Positions 37,827 through 50,416 of a DNA stretch of 64,000 nucleotides are shown in pieces. Positions within the stretch are counted from its first letter, which is position 1; each line of letters opens with the position of its first letter. This stretch comes from Octopus sinensis (lineage: Eukaryota), in assembly GCF_006345805.1 (NCBI RefSeq), contig NC_042999.1:88474001-88538000 (forward strand), in the 5' to 3' direction. The notes under the pieces were generated by a model. That model had not been told where the DNA came from and made no database searches. It worked only from the letters and a program-made list of their open reading frames with translations. Position numbers and translations under genes: made by a program.

Positions 37827-38030
37827 ATCCAAACATGAAAACACAAAGAGAAAACACAACAACGCGAAGACATGGAACAAACATAGTATTATTGGATGCT
37901 CGGGAAAGAAGGAAAGGAGGTGGGTTTAACGTTTCGAGTGGAGCTCTTCGTCAGAAACATAGGAAAAGGAAAGATCCAAAGAAGGGAAGACAGAGAAAAA
38001 AAAATCGCCAACGGTACACACACGGTTACA
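37826..38030 (-). mobile_element. Penelope-like solo pLTR fragment adjoining long (TA)n
   Basis: Contains an intact HHR core; layout parallels 951-1162. Confidence 0.6.
37924..37958 (-). ncRNA. Minimal hammerhead ribozyme, canonical core with extra A after A9
   Basis: GTTT-CTGACGA-A-GAG(CTCCA)CTC-GAAAC-GTT-AAAC; palindrome AACGTT. Confidence 0.62.
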
Positions 38031-39197
38031 TTTTGAATAAATATATCCATATGTATATATATATTAATATTTAGCTTAGGCTTAATGAGACTAATGATCT
38101 GGTCCAGAACACAATGTTAGATGAGTCTAGAGTGATAATAGGAACAGAGAGATGACACAAGAAAAAAAAACCAAATGTTATGTAATGAACATCATTAACT
38201 TACGACTGTTTCTTCTATAAGACATGGTAGACTATTACTTGAGGCTCTGGAATACGAAGAGCCTTGAATATGAAGTGCATTATATTTGGGAAAATTACAT
38301 TTTCATATCATATAGGCATTATGAGTGAGAAATAGAAAAGAAAAGAAAACTTATGCAGACTGTTTGCATAAGCTTTCTTTTACTTCATTCTGGTATATGT
38401 GCATGCTGCACTATGATGTTTTCATTGCAGCTATTAAAACACTCATACATTGTTACAATCACTTTTATGTATTCTAATACTGAAACTGTATGTATGTATG
38501 TATGTGCATATAGATATATCTTCAGATGGAGCTAGGGAGGAGAGAGACAGGGAAAGGAAGATAGGAAGCAAGAGGAAGAAATATGCCATCTCTTAGATGA
38601 ATTGACTGATCAAAATATAATGCAGATAATAAAACACAATAATCAATATAAACATAATTAAAATTATTATTAAAAATGAAATTACTTCTCATAATCTATC
38701 AGCTGGGACATGTTATGAATATTTTAACTTTGATTGGGTATCAATGATTTTGCAATTATTTCACATCCCTTCATATATATGAATGCTAGTGGGATGGCCT
38801 GGCAATGTATTGTTGAAACATGTTCTCTTTGTATTGATTTCCCACCATTCAAATGCAGCACAGAAATGTTACCTTTTAAGAGAGTACCTAAACAGAAAAT
38901 AGGTTTGTCATGAGCTCACAAGCTTATCCCATTTTCTATTGTGTATAAGCAACCAAGTGAGTACCCTATAACTGAATGGGATGTTCTTGGATTAAACCAC
39001 TGCTGTTGTACTCGTTTCTAGTGATGTAGACAGAAGCAAAGAGAAGTAGAGTACCTTGCCCAAGGCTACAACACATCTAGACCATGAATCAAGAGCCCAG
39101 ATGCCTAATCACTAGTCCACATACTTTTTCTAAGGAGAAGGAACACAACATTAAATATGTTTCAAAGCAATTTTTTATATATTATATTTTGACATTG

Positions 39198-39397
39198 TAA
39201 GGTGGTAAGCTGACAGAACCATTAGCATGCCAGGCAAAATTCTGAATTCAAATTCCATTGAGATCGACTTTGCTTTTCATCCTTTTGGGGTTGATAAAAA
39301 AAAAGTACCAGTTGAACACTGGGGTCATTGTAATCAACTTACCCTTTACCCCAAAATTACTGATCTTGTGCCAAAATTTGAAACCAATATTTTGACA
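39198..39397 (+). mobile_element. SINE family A with 11-bp TSD ATATTTTGACA
   Basis: TSD at 39184-39194 and 39387-39397. Confidence 0.85.
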
Positions 39398-40094
39398 CTG
39401 GGTTAAAGGAAAAGCTCCAGTTTATTTTTGAGCATTACAAGCATGATGGAGTCACTGTGCCTGATGCTCAATTTGAGTATCTTCAGGCAGATATTTAGGA
39501 CAGGAATACAGGTATAGGGAAGAGAGTATTCCTTAAGTTTACAGTATCGATGTGTATCAATTAAGTGAAGTATTTAACAGATAGTTTTAGAGTTACATAA
39601 CGTGAATAACAAGATGACAATTGAATAGTACTGAAGTGAGATGATACAGATCTTACTAGTTTATTAAAATAGAATTGTTGTAGTCATGGTATTAATATTT
39701 AAGCTTCAGTAGCTTAAATATTGGAAAAAAACTGCAATTGCTTGCAACAATGAAAGATATCTACAGTAAAATATGGGTGAATATACTGCATGTTGTGAAG
39801 AAAAAAACTAATGTTTAATCAAATGGAATTGCATATGCATCATGAAACAAAAACATAATTCTAAATTTGATTCTTGCCAAGAGATGCAAGGGAAAGAATT
39901 TTTGATCAATTTTAATTTTGGAGATACTAATCAACCAACACCTATAATAGAGAACATCAAATAACAACATCCTTGCAATGTAAGTGAACCCCAAGCCTCA
40001 TAGTTTCAAAGCAAATTTATTAACTACACAGCTATGCCAGCTTTCATGTATGTATATATATATATATTTATATATATATAAGTCAATGGCAGCC

Positions 40095-40370
40095 GTGAAG
40101 TGCATGGCTTGGTGGTTAAGGTGTTGCACTCATAAATGCGAGGTCACAGATTCAATTCCCAGATTGGGCGTTGCGTTGTGTTCTTTTCATGTTTCTCTGT
40201 GATCATTTCGACATCTGACATGCGGCACCCATTGCACCTGTATAGGTAATGTAGATCTGATTGAGGGAGTGACCTTATTTCTACACAAACATTTGATTAC
40301 TATAAACAAATCATCTGTGTAGTAGTTCTGAAAGAAATTGTTGAACCCTTATACATCGTCTAATGACAGG
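40095..40370 (+). mobile_element. tRNA-derived SINE (A box TGGCTTGGTGG, B box AGATTCAATTCC)
   Basis: Pol III box-like motifs at tRNA spacing; simple-repeat tail. Confidence 0.6.
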
Positions 40371-40394
40371 AAAGCCCATCATCATCATCATCAT

Positions 40395-40924
40395 CATCAT
40401 CATCGTTTAACGTCCGTTCTCCATGCTAGCATGGGTTGGACGGTTCGACCGGGGATCTGGGAAGCCAGAAGGCTGCACCAGGATCCGGTCTTATCTGGCA
40501 ATGTTTCTACAGCTGGATGCCCTTCCTAACGCCAACCACTCCGTGAGTGTAGTGGGTGCTTTTTACATGCCCCCTGCACTGGTGCCAGGCGAGGCTGGCA
40601 TCGGCCACGGTCGGATTGGTGCATTTTACGTGCCACCGGCACGGAAGCCAGTCGAGGCGGCACTGGCTTCGGCCACGATTCAGATGGTGCTTTTTACGTG
40701 CCACCGAGACGGAAGCCTATATATATAGGTCAATGGCACCAGTACTGGTGGCACATAACAAATGCCCACACTCTTGAAGTGGTTGGTATTAGGAAGGGTA
40801 TTCAGCCATAGAAACCTTGCCAGATCAGATTGGAATCTGGTGCAGCTCCCAGCTTACCAGTTTTCTGTCAAACTGACCAAGCCATGCCGTTATGGAAAGC
40901 ATACGATAAATGATGATAATGATG

Positions 40925-40930
<6 letters not shown>
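40395..40930 (+). mobile_element. SINE family C with internal tandem GTGCTTTTACGTGCCACCGGCACG units
   Basis: CATCGTTTAACGTCCG head; GCTGGATGCCCTTCCTAACGCCAACC core. Confidence 0.85.
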
Positions 40931-40956
<26 letters not shown>

Positions 40957-41657
40957 ATGTGCATCAGTCTCACTTCTGTCAGCTTCCAATTCCCTTCAAA
41001 GGTTTGCCAGGAACCAGAGTGCCACCAGCTTCTTGTCTAGTGATGCAGTCCAAGAAATTATTCTTTCTAATGCATCTGGTGTCACTGACACCACATGACC
41101 TGCCCTGACCAACATTAGTCCATTTCCCAGTAACCATCTTTGACTTCTTGTACTTCTCTATTCAGTAATCTGATCCTGAACAAACTAGGTTTCTGTAAGA
41201 AGCCTGTGAAACTTAAAGTTGCAGGGAGCTGAATCCAACTGTTTTAAATAACGTCCTCTCAACATCCTTTCAACGATTAACTGGAGAGGATTTTTAAAAT
41301 GAGAATATCTGAAATAAAATCGCCTGCCCTCACAAACAAGAATACTAAAAATGAACCCAATCACTCTCAAACAGGAAAATAATCCAAATATATATATATA
41401 TATATGTATTGAGCGAGAGGTGAAAGGAGAGGAGATGAAATACTAATACAGTGAAGGAGAAGTAGTGAGAGTAATAGTCATGACTGAGAGGGAGTGAGAA
41501 AAATTAATGACAATGAGAAAGACAAAACCGAGTGGCAAAGACAGGGTCGTATGAATGAGAAAGGAAGAGGTGATAGATGAATAATGAAGGAAAGAGTGAA
41601 AAAGCTGATAAACAGTGTTTGAAGTGTGAGTATGTGTGTGTGAAAGAGAGGTATATT

Positions 41658-41688
<31 letters not shown>

Positions 41689-41809
41689 ACAATGGAAATG
41701 TGGTGGTAATGTTCATTGCTGAAAATGTGTGAGTATATGTGTGTATGTGTGGCATGTACAAGAGAAGTATGTGAAACTTTATATATACTTGTATATTAAA
41801 AAAAAAACG

Positions 41810-41995
41810 AAAAATAATCCAGAATCCTTGTTCGGTACCAGATCGATCCCAAAATCTAATCAATTCATGCCAGTTACAAGGCCAAACATCCCTGAAAGTT
41901 TCATCTGAATCCATCCAGCAGTTCTTGAGATATCTTGTCCATAGACAAAGAAACAAACACGACTGAAAACAATACCTTTGCTTTTCCTAAGGTAG
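41810..41995 (+). mobile_element. Helentron/HINE-like fragment
   Basis: AAGTTTCATCTGAATCC..TTCTTGAGATATCTTG..ACAAAGAAACAAACACGACTGAAAACAATACC pattern. Confidence 0.5.
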
Positions 41996-42086
41996 AGATG
42001 ATGATGATGAGGAGGAGGATAAAAATATATACATGGACATGCAGCTCCTAATGCTACAAACATTTTTAGCAGAAAAGTGTCTAGGA

Positions 42087-42330
42087 TTAAAGTAAAGTCC
42101 CATTTACAAAGTACACTTTCATGATGGTTTGTTCAATTCTCAGTGCTACAAATGCTTTACACCCATCGTAGATCACTTTCCAAGCTGATCCATCTTCCAT
42201 CAACTGCTTCCAATCTCTAACTTTTGCACTAAGAGCCTCAAGGTTGCTTTTGACAGCATCCTTTGAACATTTCTTCAGTTTATGCCTTGGAGCTTTACCA
42301 TGTTGCAACTCCCTGTAAAACAAGCACTGG
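42087..42330 (-). mobile_element. RTE-clade LINE 3' ORF remnant
   Basis: YRELQHGK..KDAVKSNL...WKQLMEDGSAW..GCKAF resembles RTE C-terminal GKR..KD.LK..WE.LA.DRS.W. Confidence 0.75.
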
Positions 42331-42822
42331 TCAAGAAACTGTTACTAACAATAATGATTTTATCTTTCATAATTGGTATAATTTTAGCTGATTGAAGATT
42401 CTATGAAGCTTGCTATAGTTATATGTTAGTGTGCACTTGACTGTAAGTTCTTCAAGCAGAAGACAACTCAGGAACATCTCCCAATGAAAGAAACAGGTTA
42501 GTTAGTTTCTGTAAGTTAGCATGCAAGGAGGGATTATCTCTTGTATGTCTGCACCTGACTGGAAACTAGTTTAATTAATCCAAAATACAGTCCAATGTTA
42601 ATGTAAAGCCATCGCTGTTTTAGATGCAAGTAATTCAATATAGCATGCATACTTCAGTCTAATGAACTTTTGTGCAACTATGTTAATTCACTAAAAGGAT
42701 AACATAGCTATCACTGAAGCAGCCAAAGAAGTATAATTTGAAAGTAATGAAAAATATGATTTATAACATTCAAAGGGAAAATTTAATTTGTTCAATATCT
42801 CTTAATGTTTTCCTACTTGCAG

Positions 42823-42872
42823 ATCAGCTGAGTTTTATTGCAGATTATGGTAGTTGCTCAAAGGGATTAAGA
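42823..42872 (+). CDS. Candidate host exon (-QLSFIADYGSCSKGLR)
   Basis: ttttcctacttgcag acceptor and AGA|GTGAGT donor; one frame open throughout. A possible upstream exon ends at 42496 (CAG|GTTAGT). Confidence 0.4.
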
Positions 42873-43359
42873 GTGAGTATTATCATACATAAAGTTTTTA
42901 AAAAAAACTTCATATAGAGATCATTAATTTCTTAAAAGTAACATGCTGAAAATCATTATTTTTGGAAAATGAAACTGATAATTGCAAAATAGAGCTGTGG
43001 CAAAAGTTAGTCCGGTGATGTCCAGCTTATCCATTTCTTAAGGATTGCATATCTGGGTGTACATTGTCCAATTTTTTAATTTTTCATTTATCCAGTTTAT
43101 ATTGCTTTCAAGTGTTGGGTCTAGAGAAAAGGATTAAGCTGATAACTTTGCAAGCCCATTGAAACATTTTGAGATTGATACATTTAATGCCCGCATCTTT
43201 TGCAGATAGTGTGATTTGAGGAAGATTTGGTTGTTATTTCTAGCTGGTTGAGTAACTGCAGAGTGGGTTTAATGATATATATATATATATATATATGAAC
43301 ACACACACACACACACACATACATACACATGCGTGTACACATTCTTTTATTCTTTTATT

Positions 43360-43608
43360 TGTTTCAGTCATTTGACTGTGGCTATACTGGAGCATCACTT
43401 TTAGTCAAACAAATCAACCCCAGGACTTATTCTTTATATGCCTAGTACTTATTCTTTTGGTCTCTTTTTCCGAACCACTAAGTTACAGGGACGTAAACAC
43501 ACTAACACCGGTTGTCAAGCGATGGTGGGGGGACAAACACAGACATACAAACATATACATATACATATATATATAAATACATATATACATATATATACAT
43601 ATATATAC

Positions 43609-43661
<53 letters not shown>

Positions 43662-44198
43662 TATATACACACACACACACACACATATATATATATGTAT
43701 ATATATGGTGTGCTTCTTTCAGTTACTATCAACCAAATCCAGTCACAAGGCTTTGGTCAGCCCAAGTAAAAGACACTTACCACGCAGCCACGCCTGTGCC
43801 TATATGTATAGACTATATGTGTGTGTGTATTTATGTATACATATGTGTATACACACTAACACCGGAAGTCAAGCGATGGTGGGGGGACAAACACAGACAT
43901 ACAAACATATACATATATATATACATATATATATATATACATACATATATACAAATATATATATATATATATACATATTTAGCAATTAAGGACAACTACT
44001 TAATAAGGAAAACTTAACAAGAAATTGTCAGGTAGATAGCGTAAAAACCTCATAAGAGAAAAAATTTCGAAAATAATTATTTCTTATTGAACATATTAAT
44101 TTATATATAGAGGGCATTATACATATATGCCAGGAGGCATTCTACATGTAGAATGCCTCCTGGCATGTATGTATAATGCCCTCTATATATAAATTTAT

Positions 44199-44237
<39 letters not shown>

Positions 44238-44238
44238 C

Positions 44239-44269
<31 letters not shown>

Positions 44270-44480
44270 AACATATATATGTATATATATGGTGTGCTTC
44301 TTTCAGTTACTATCAACCAATTTCAGTCACAAGGCTTTGGTCAGCCCAAGTAAAAGACACTTGCCCAAGGTGCCACGCATTGGGACTGAACCCAGAACTA
44401 TGTGGTTGGGAAGCAAGCTTCTTACCACGCAGACATGTCTGTGCCAGTATGTATAGACTGTGTGTGTGTGTGTGTATTTA
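43360..44480 (-). mobile_element. Partly duplicated SINE family B with insert
   Basis: 43500-43560 recurs at 43853-43910; 43700-43780 recurs at 44283-44362. Confidence 0.8.
44098..44195. repeat. 98-bp spacerless palindrome, one mismatch
   Basis: Centre TCTACA|TGTAGA at 44146/44147; only 44126T/44167G is unpaired. Confidence 0.95.
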
Positions 44481-45125
44481 TGTATACATATGTGTGTGTG
44501 TGGCTGAATGGTTTGACAGGATCTGGTAAGCCACAGGGCTGCATCATGCTCCAAGTCAGCTTTGATATGGTTTCTACTCCTGGATGCTCTTCCTACCACC
44601 AACCATTCTATAGTGTGATCTTTTTGTTTTTTGTGCCACCAGCATTAGTGAGGTTGCTGAGTAACTTGCAAAGCAGGAAGGCACAAGAAAAGTAAAAACA
44701 GGGAAAGAGGAAAAAGAAAAGAGACCTCTCAACTAAATAGGAGGTGCATTTGAGAGGTAGAGTAGGGGCCTTTATGCCAGAGATAAACGGAGATGTTTTG
44801 CTATAGAGAGGATACATGGCTACTCTAAATTTATATAGGCATATCTGTGTTTATCTAGGAGAAAGATGGAATTGTTGTGATGAGCTTGCCAGAGCAAAAC
44901 CCTCATGGAGCAAGAGACGATATAGGCAAAGAATAAGGGGAGGGAAGATGGTTATAAGAGCATGAGGGGTGAGTAAGAGATAGTTTGAAATGAGGGTAGG
45001 GGTGAATATAATAAGTAATGAACAAGAGTAAAAGTGTTGCTTGATGTGAAATTTTGGTGAAATAAATAAATATTTCTGCCAGGAAACCTTGGGTAGCTTT
45101 ATCTAGCAAAGCCTTTTGTAGCTTT

Positions 45126-45165
<40 letters not shown>

Positions 45166-45184
45166 GTACTAATAATAACAATGA

Positions 45185-45350
45185 TAATCTCTTATATAAA
45201 ATCCATTCTGTCTGTCTGTCTGTGTATCTTCTTGGATCTCGGGCATCCTCCATCCAATTGCGCTCAAATTTGATATGTAGACACCGACAGTATCAGGGCA
45301 TGTCTTGAAAAAATTACAAAAATCGAATCCAGGTGAGATTGAGATCGATA
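45185..45350 (+). mobile_element. Helitron/HINE-like fragment after (TAA)n
   Basis: TCTCTTATATAAAA, (CTGT)n, CTCAAATTTGATATG motif. Confidence 0.45.
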
Positions 45351-45859
45351 AAGCCGTTTTTGTCCTGCTTTTCTTCCATCAACCTGTACATAAATGCACC
45401 TTCCATTTTTTGTCGTTCTTGTACTGCTTAAAGGCACGTTTCTTTCCTGCCAAGCTTACTGTTTAAACCATGTTTGTGTTCTCCCAGTCAACAGCCTTAT
45501 CATTACTGGTACTTTAAACTCTTCGGTTGCATATTTGTGTGAATAAAAGCATTTTTCTTTGGAATAGAAAAAAAGTCTATCTTTATTTCTTCTTTTGCTG
45601 GTGTCTCAAATTTAGGTTAATCAGTGTTTCTCAAAGGGAAGGCCTATGGGACGGTCAGAGAAGTTGTTTTGAGAAAATTTGGTTTAAATGTTTGACAACT
45701 CAGCATGCTCTCTTTGACTAACTCGAAGAAGTATCATCATCATCACTACTGTTAACACCACCATCATCACAACCACTGCCACCACCACCTTAGTCATCAT
45801 CAGCAGCAGCTGCAACAGTATCTATGTCCATTTTTCAAACCCAAGCCACCATAGAAAAA

Positions 45860-46035
45860 AAGTGGACATAAATATGATGAATGGCAATGACATTGGTGAC
45901 AGTGATTGTGGTGATGGCAATGATGATGATGATGACGATGGTGATAATAATGGTGATGACAATGACAATGACGATAATCATGATGAGGATGATGATATTG
46001 ATAATGATGATAATCATGATGATGATGATGATATA
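45860..46035. repeat. Degenerate (GAT/GAC/AAT)n trinucleotide array
   Basis: Direct reading; explains the poly-Asp ORF. Confidence 0.9.
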
Positions 46036-46204
46036 CATAGAATTGTTACCCACTGTTGTACAAGAGGGTGTGGAAAAGTTCCTGTCTTTAGGGGTATTGC
46101 AAAAGGCCTGCTTAGAGGCCCCAGCTTTCCAAGCCCTGTAAAAGGTCTGAGAAAAACTAAAGGACCACTGCAATAAGTGTGTGAATCTGAGAGGATCATC
46201 ATCA

Positions 46205-46380
46205 TCATCATCATTGTTTAGCGTCTACTTTCGATGCTAGCATTGGTTGGACGGTTCAACAGGGGTCTGGGAAGCCAGGGGGCTGCACCAGGCCCAGTCT
46301 GATCTGGGAATGTTTCTACGGCTGGATGCCCTTCCTAACAACAACCACTCCATGAGTGTAGTGGGTGCTTTTTACGTGAA
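46205..46380 (+). mobile_element. SINE family C
   Basis: Family motifs as at 40395. Confidence 0.8.
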
Positions 46381-47129
46381 TATGTTTAACAAAATCATAA
46401 TTAACTGACCCTCAAAGCCAGGAACTTTTTAGCAACCCCTTGTATATCATTATTGGTCTTGTTGATAGATGAAAATATCTATGAACCAAAAAATCCCTCA
46501 GAACTGACATCACTTCTCAAGTTTCTCTTATTCTTCTCATTGTCAGACCTTGTTACCACTTAGCAAGAGTATATTGTTGTTTCTTGCAAATTACATTTCC
46601 ATACCTAATCAATTGCTTTTTTTTTTTTTTTTTTTTGAATACTCAGAGGCTTTTTCATCTCATCTATATTCTATTTTCCATGTTAGAAAATCTCACAAAG
46701 CAATTACTACTCACAAACTATGAACATTTAATGAATTCCTTAAAGTTAGGGCTGCAAGAGTTAAGAGAAACACACCATTCAGAACCAGAACATAATACAT
46801 TGATGTGAAGCATTTTAATAGCTTACAGAAATATTTTACATAAAACAATTGATACAAAAAATATCAATAATTGTAACAAAGAATGATGTTTACATCTATT
46901 ATTAAGTTGAAGTTGACAACAATGTTTGAATAAGTACCATATTTTATCATAAAGTATTATCTTGGTTAATTTCATGTGGCTGCAAGAGAACTGGGGCTAT
47001 TTTGTTTTTGTCTATTAATCTTAATCTCTGTTTGTTGCAAGGTGGGAGAATTTGTGTGTTCACGAGAGAAAAATATTCAAAATGTATGTGTGTGTGTGTG
47101 TGTGTGTAAAAAGAGAGAATGTTTTATTT

Positions 47130-47359
47130 GTGTCTTTTATCTTTTGCTTTCTACTTGTTTCAGTCATTTGGAGTGTGTTCATGCTGGGGCACTGCCTTGA
47201 AGGGTTTTAATCAAGCAAATCAACACCAGTACTTATTCTTAAGGCCTGTTACTTATTCTATTGTTCTGTTTTGCCAAACTGCTGAATTACAAGAATGTAA
47301 ACACATGAACACTGGCTTTTGAGTAGAGGTGAGGGAGAAATACACACACACACACACAC

Positions 47360-47402
<43 letters not shown>

Positions 47403-47960
47403 AACAGACATGTACTCTTTTACTTGTTTCAGTCATTTGACTGCTGCCATGCTGGAGCATCGCCATTTTAGTTGAGCAAATCGATCCCAGGACTTATTCT
47501 TTGGAAGCCTTGTACTTATTCCATCGGTCTCTTTAGCCAAACTGCTAAGTTATGGGGATGTAAACGCACCACCATCAGTTGTCAAGCGATGTTGGGGGAA
47601 CAAACACAGACACACAAACATATACACACACATACATATATACGATGAGCTTCTTTTGGTTTTCGTCTACCAAATTCACTCACAAGGCTTTGGTTGGCCC
47701 TAGGCTATAGTAGAAGACACTTGCCCAAGGTGCCACACAGTGGGAATGAACCCAGAACCATGTGGTTTGTAAGCAAGCTACTTACCACACGGCCACTCCT
47801 GTGCCTGTATATATATATATGTATATATACATGATGGGTTTCTTCCAGTTTCCTTCTACCAAATTCACATACTAAGCTTTGGTTGTTCTGAGGCTTGAAG
47901 AAGGCATTTGCCCAAAGTGCCATGCAGCGGAAATGAACCCAAGATCATATGGTTGAGAAG
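47130..47960 (-). mobile_element. Cluster of SINE family B copies/fragments
   Basis: Repeated CAGTCATTTG, GCCCAAGGTGCC and GAACCCAGAACC motifs. Confidence 0.8.
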
Positions 47961-50096
47961 CAAACTTCCTACCACTCAGCCACACCTATACATATATGTA
48001 CATATTTGTTTATTATTACATTTTGGGATTAGTATGTGTATGTGTGTATGCATCTACTTTTCTGCATGCACCAAGGATAAAGAATTAGCATAAGACGTAT
48101 ACGTGTATATGTCTATTTTTATACATGTCTATGCATCTGTACCTATTTTTGTCCGACTGTCTCCATATTCTGCTGCCAGGAGAGGAAAATGGAAAATCAT
48201 TTTAATACACTGTATTACTTTGTCAATTTGGGCAAGTAACAGTTGTGCAATGATTGTGTGTTTGAGACTATCAGTTTTATTATGTGCCAATTTCAATGGA
48301 TCTAGTCATTACTATAAGATATAATAAAAGCCGAAGCAATCAATAAGCAGGGTTTTGTCCCCACTTTTTTCACTGTAATCTCGATCATAATCTTCAGCAC
48401 TAGAATTATATAGAATTACAGATTAGAATTTTGCATTTTCTCTATTCAGTCGAGTATAAAAATAATCAAGCCATTGATGTTAATATAGCAGTTTGTACAT
48501 TAGTTTGTTACATTTACATACATGTTTATTGCCATATATGCATGTTTCTCTGTGTAATTCAAAGTGACATATAAAATTGCTATACTAAAAAGAAATAGCT
48601 ATAACCACACAATGGAAAGCTATGGAAATCAATAAGATCTGGAAATTACAGATACTGGAGGAAACAATAAACCAGCAAAAGACAACAGATAACCATGACA
48701 TTGTTTAGGTTTGGTAAAACTATGCTGGTTCCAATAAACAGTTCTCAGGGACTGTTTCATATAATCCAACAGCTAGATTAAGATGCACCAGAAAGTGCTG
48801 TTTTATTGAAGTAACTAGAGAGAGAAAAAATAAAGAAATCATTAAGTTTGAACTCAACAGTTTCAGAGCCGTTTCTTTCTCTGCAAACAATATCAACTAA
48901 TATGATTAGGATAGTCATGCAGCTCAAATTCTAAACCAAAAGACAAGTGGCCATTCTTACACTGAAATAGATTTTTCTTCTTTTTTAGAATTGAAAGAGA
49001 ATTGTAAATTTGATTTGCAGAAAATAAAACTGAAATGAGTGGTAGGCAGTCTTTGGGGTACAACTGTCGTTGTTCTTCCAGTTCCTGTTGTTGTTGTTGT
49101 TGCTGCTGCTGCTGTTCTTTTTATTACAGATATTAACGCTCACTGTTTCTTTTTTCTTATCTTTCTTTGTTTTCATTTTTTTTTACTTCCACTTACCAAT
49201 TGGAAATCTAATTTTGAGTAGCTTCATAAATGTTGTGAAATGAAGTGCAAATCAACAGCAGTTATAAAGAAATGAAACAGTGACTTAGGCAATAGAAGAG
49301 AACGAAAGAGTACAAACTCGTGAAGAAGTAAGAGGTGGAAGAAAGAGAAAGTGGAACAGATGAAGGAGAAGGAAGAAGGGAAAAAAAAGAAGCAAGAGTA
49401 TCAGAGAATATAAGGGGAAAGAAAATATAAGACAAGAGAAGAGGGGGGAATAAAACTGAATGAGTATAGAAGGAGGTGGAAAGAAGTAATTGGAAAAAAA
49501 CATTGTAAAGAGAATGGTGAAGCAGGAGAAACAAACATGGTACAAATAGAGTGGAAGTGAAAATGAAGGAGGAGAAGGACGAAAAAGAATTATGAGAAAT
49601 ACTGTGACATAAATTTTAATTCAGCTAAGAGAGGAGAGAAATATGTGTATAATGAAAATAATCAGTTATAGCTCTAATCAATATTATAATTGTTTCTTAT
49701 ATAGATATTTTGGATATAGAAATTTGTAACTTTCATACCATTCCTAAAAATCAATAATGAAGGGAAATGATTGCATCTGGAAATCAAAACTAGGTCACAA
49801 AAACCAACTTGACAAGGACTTGCCACTATTTTATAAAAATAATAAAATTAATTGACTAGTTTTTGGCATCATCTACTACTTCATCAGAGTGATGTTACTC
49901 ATTTTTCTGAGTGCAAAAAGAATAGAGAATTATAGCTATTTTATGCTACACACAAATTCAGGGCTAAATTGGTCTGCCCAAATTCAGATAACTGTGAAAA
50001 TATCAGCCATGAGAATAATTAATTAATATAAGCATTACATGTCTTATGATATAAACAGTAATTGTGAGCAAGTGTTTTTAGGAAACACTTGTTTAA

Positions 50097-50412
50097 CCCC
50101 TTACCCGGCAAAGACGATTTAACTTGTCTTCACCCAATTTGTTTTTTTCAGAGTTAGACGAGTAAATTCGTCCAAAACATAATTTCAAAAACAGCCACAA
50201 ACGAGTTTATACATCAATTCTTGACATTTCTTGGTTTTTATCTGTCTTGTTTTTAATAAATCACGCCTAGATGTCGAGCTCAGAAAATGACAATGCGTAT
50301 GAACCTTCTATTAGAAACTTAGATACATCAGATGAGAGTGCAAGCTCATCTGATAAGAAAAATTTGTCTGAAAATGAGACATTTTTTCCCAAAAAGCTGC
50401 CAGGGAAGGGGG
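50097..50412 (+). mobile_element. 316-bp non-autonomous piggyBac with TTAA TSDs
   Basis: TTAA at 50093-50096 and 50413-50416; TIRs CCCCTTACCCGGCA / CCCCTTCCCTGGCA; acidic ORF start MSSSENDNAYEPS at 50271. Confidence 0.88.
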
Positions 50413-50416
50413 TTAA

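Noticed and set aside
39400-39500. Protein-like stretch LQFIFEHYKHDGVTVPDAQFEYLQ
   Set aside because: No canonical donor before the stop and no recognisable family.
41185-41370. Minus-strand ORF with an acceptor-like site
   Set aside because: No good donor, and joining to the 57.9-kb candidate creates a TGA stop.
45862-46176. Poly-Asp 104-aa ORF (and poly-K, poly-R, poly-H, poly-IY ORFs elsewhere)
   Set aside because: Translations of trinucleotide or dinucleotide microsatellites.
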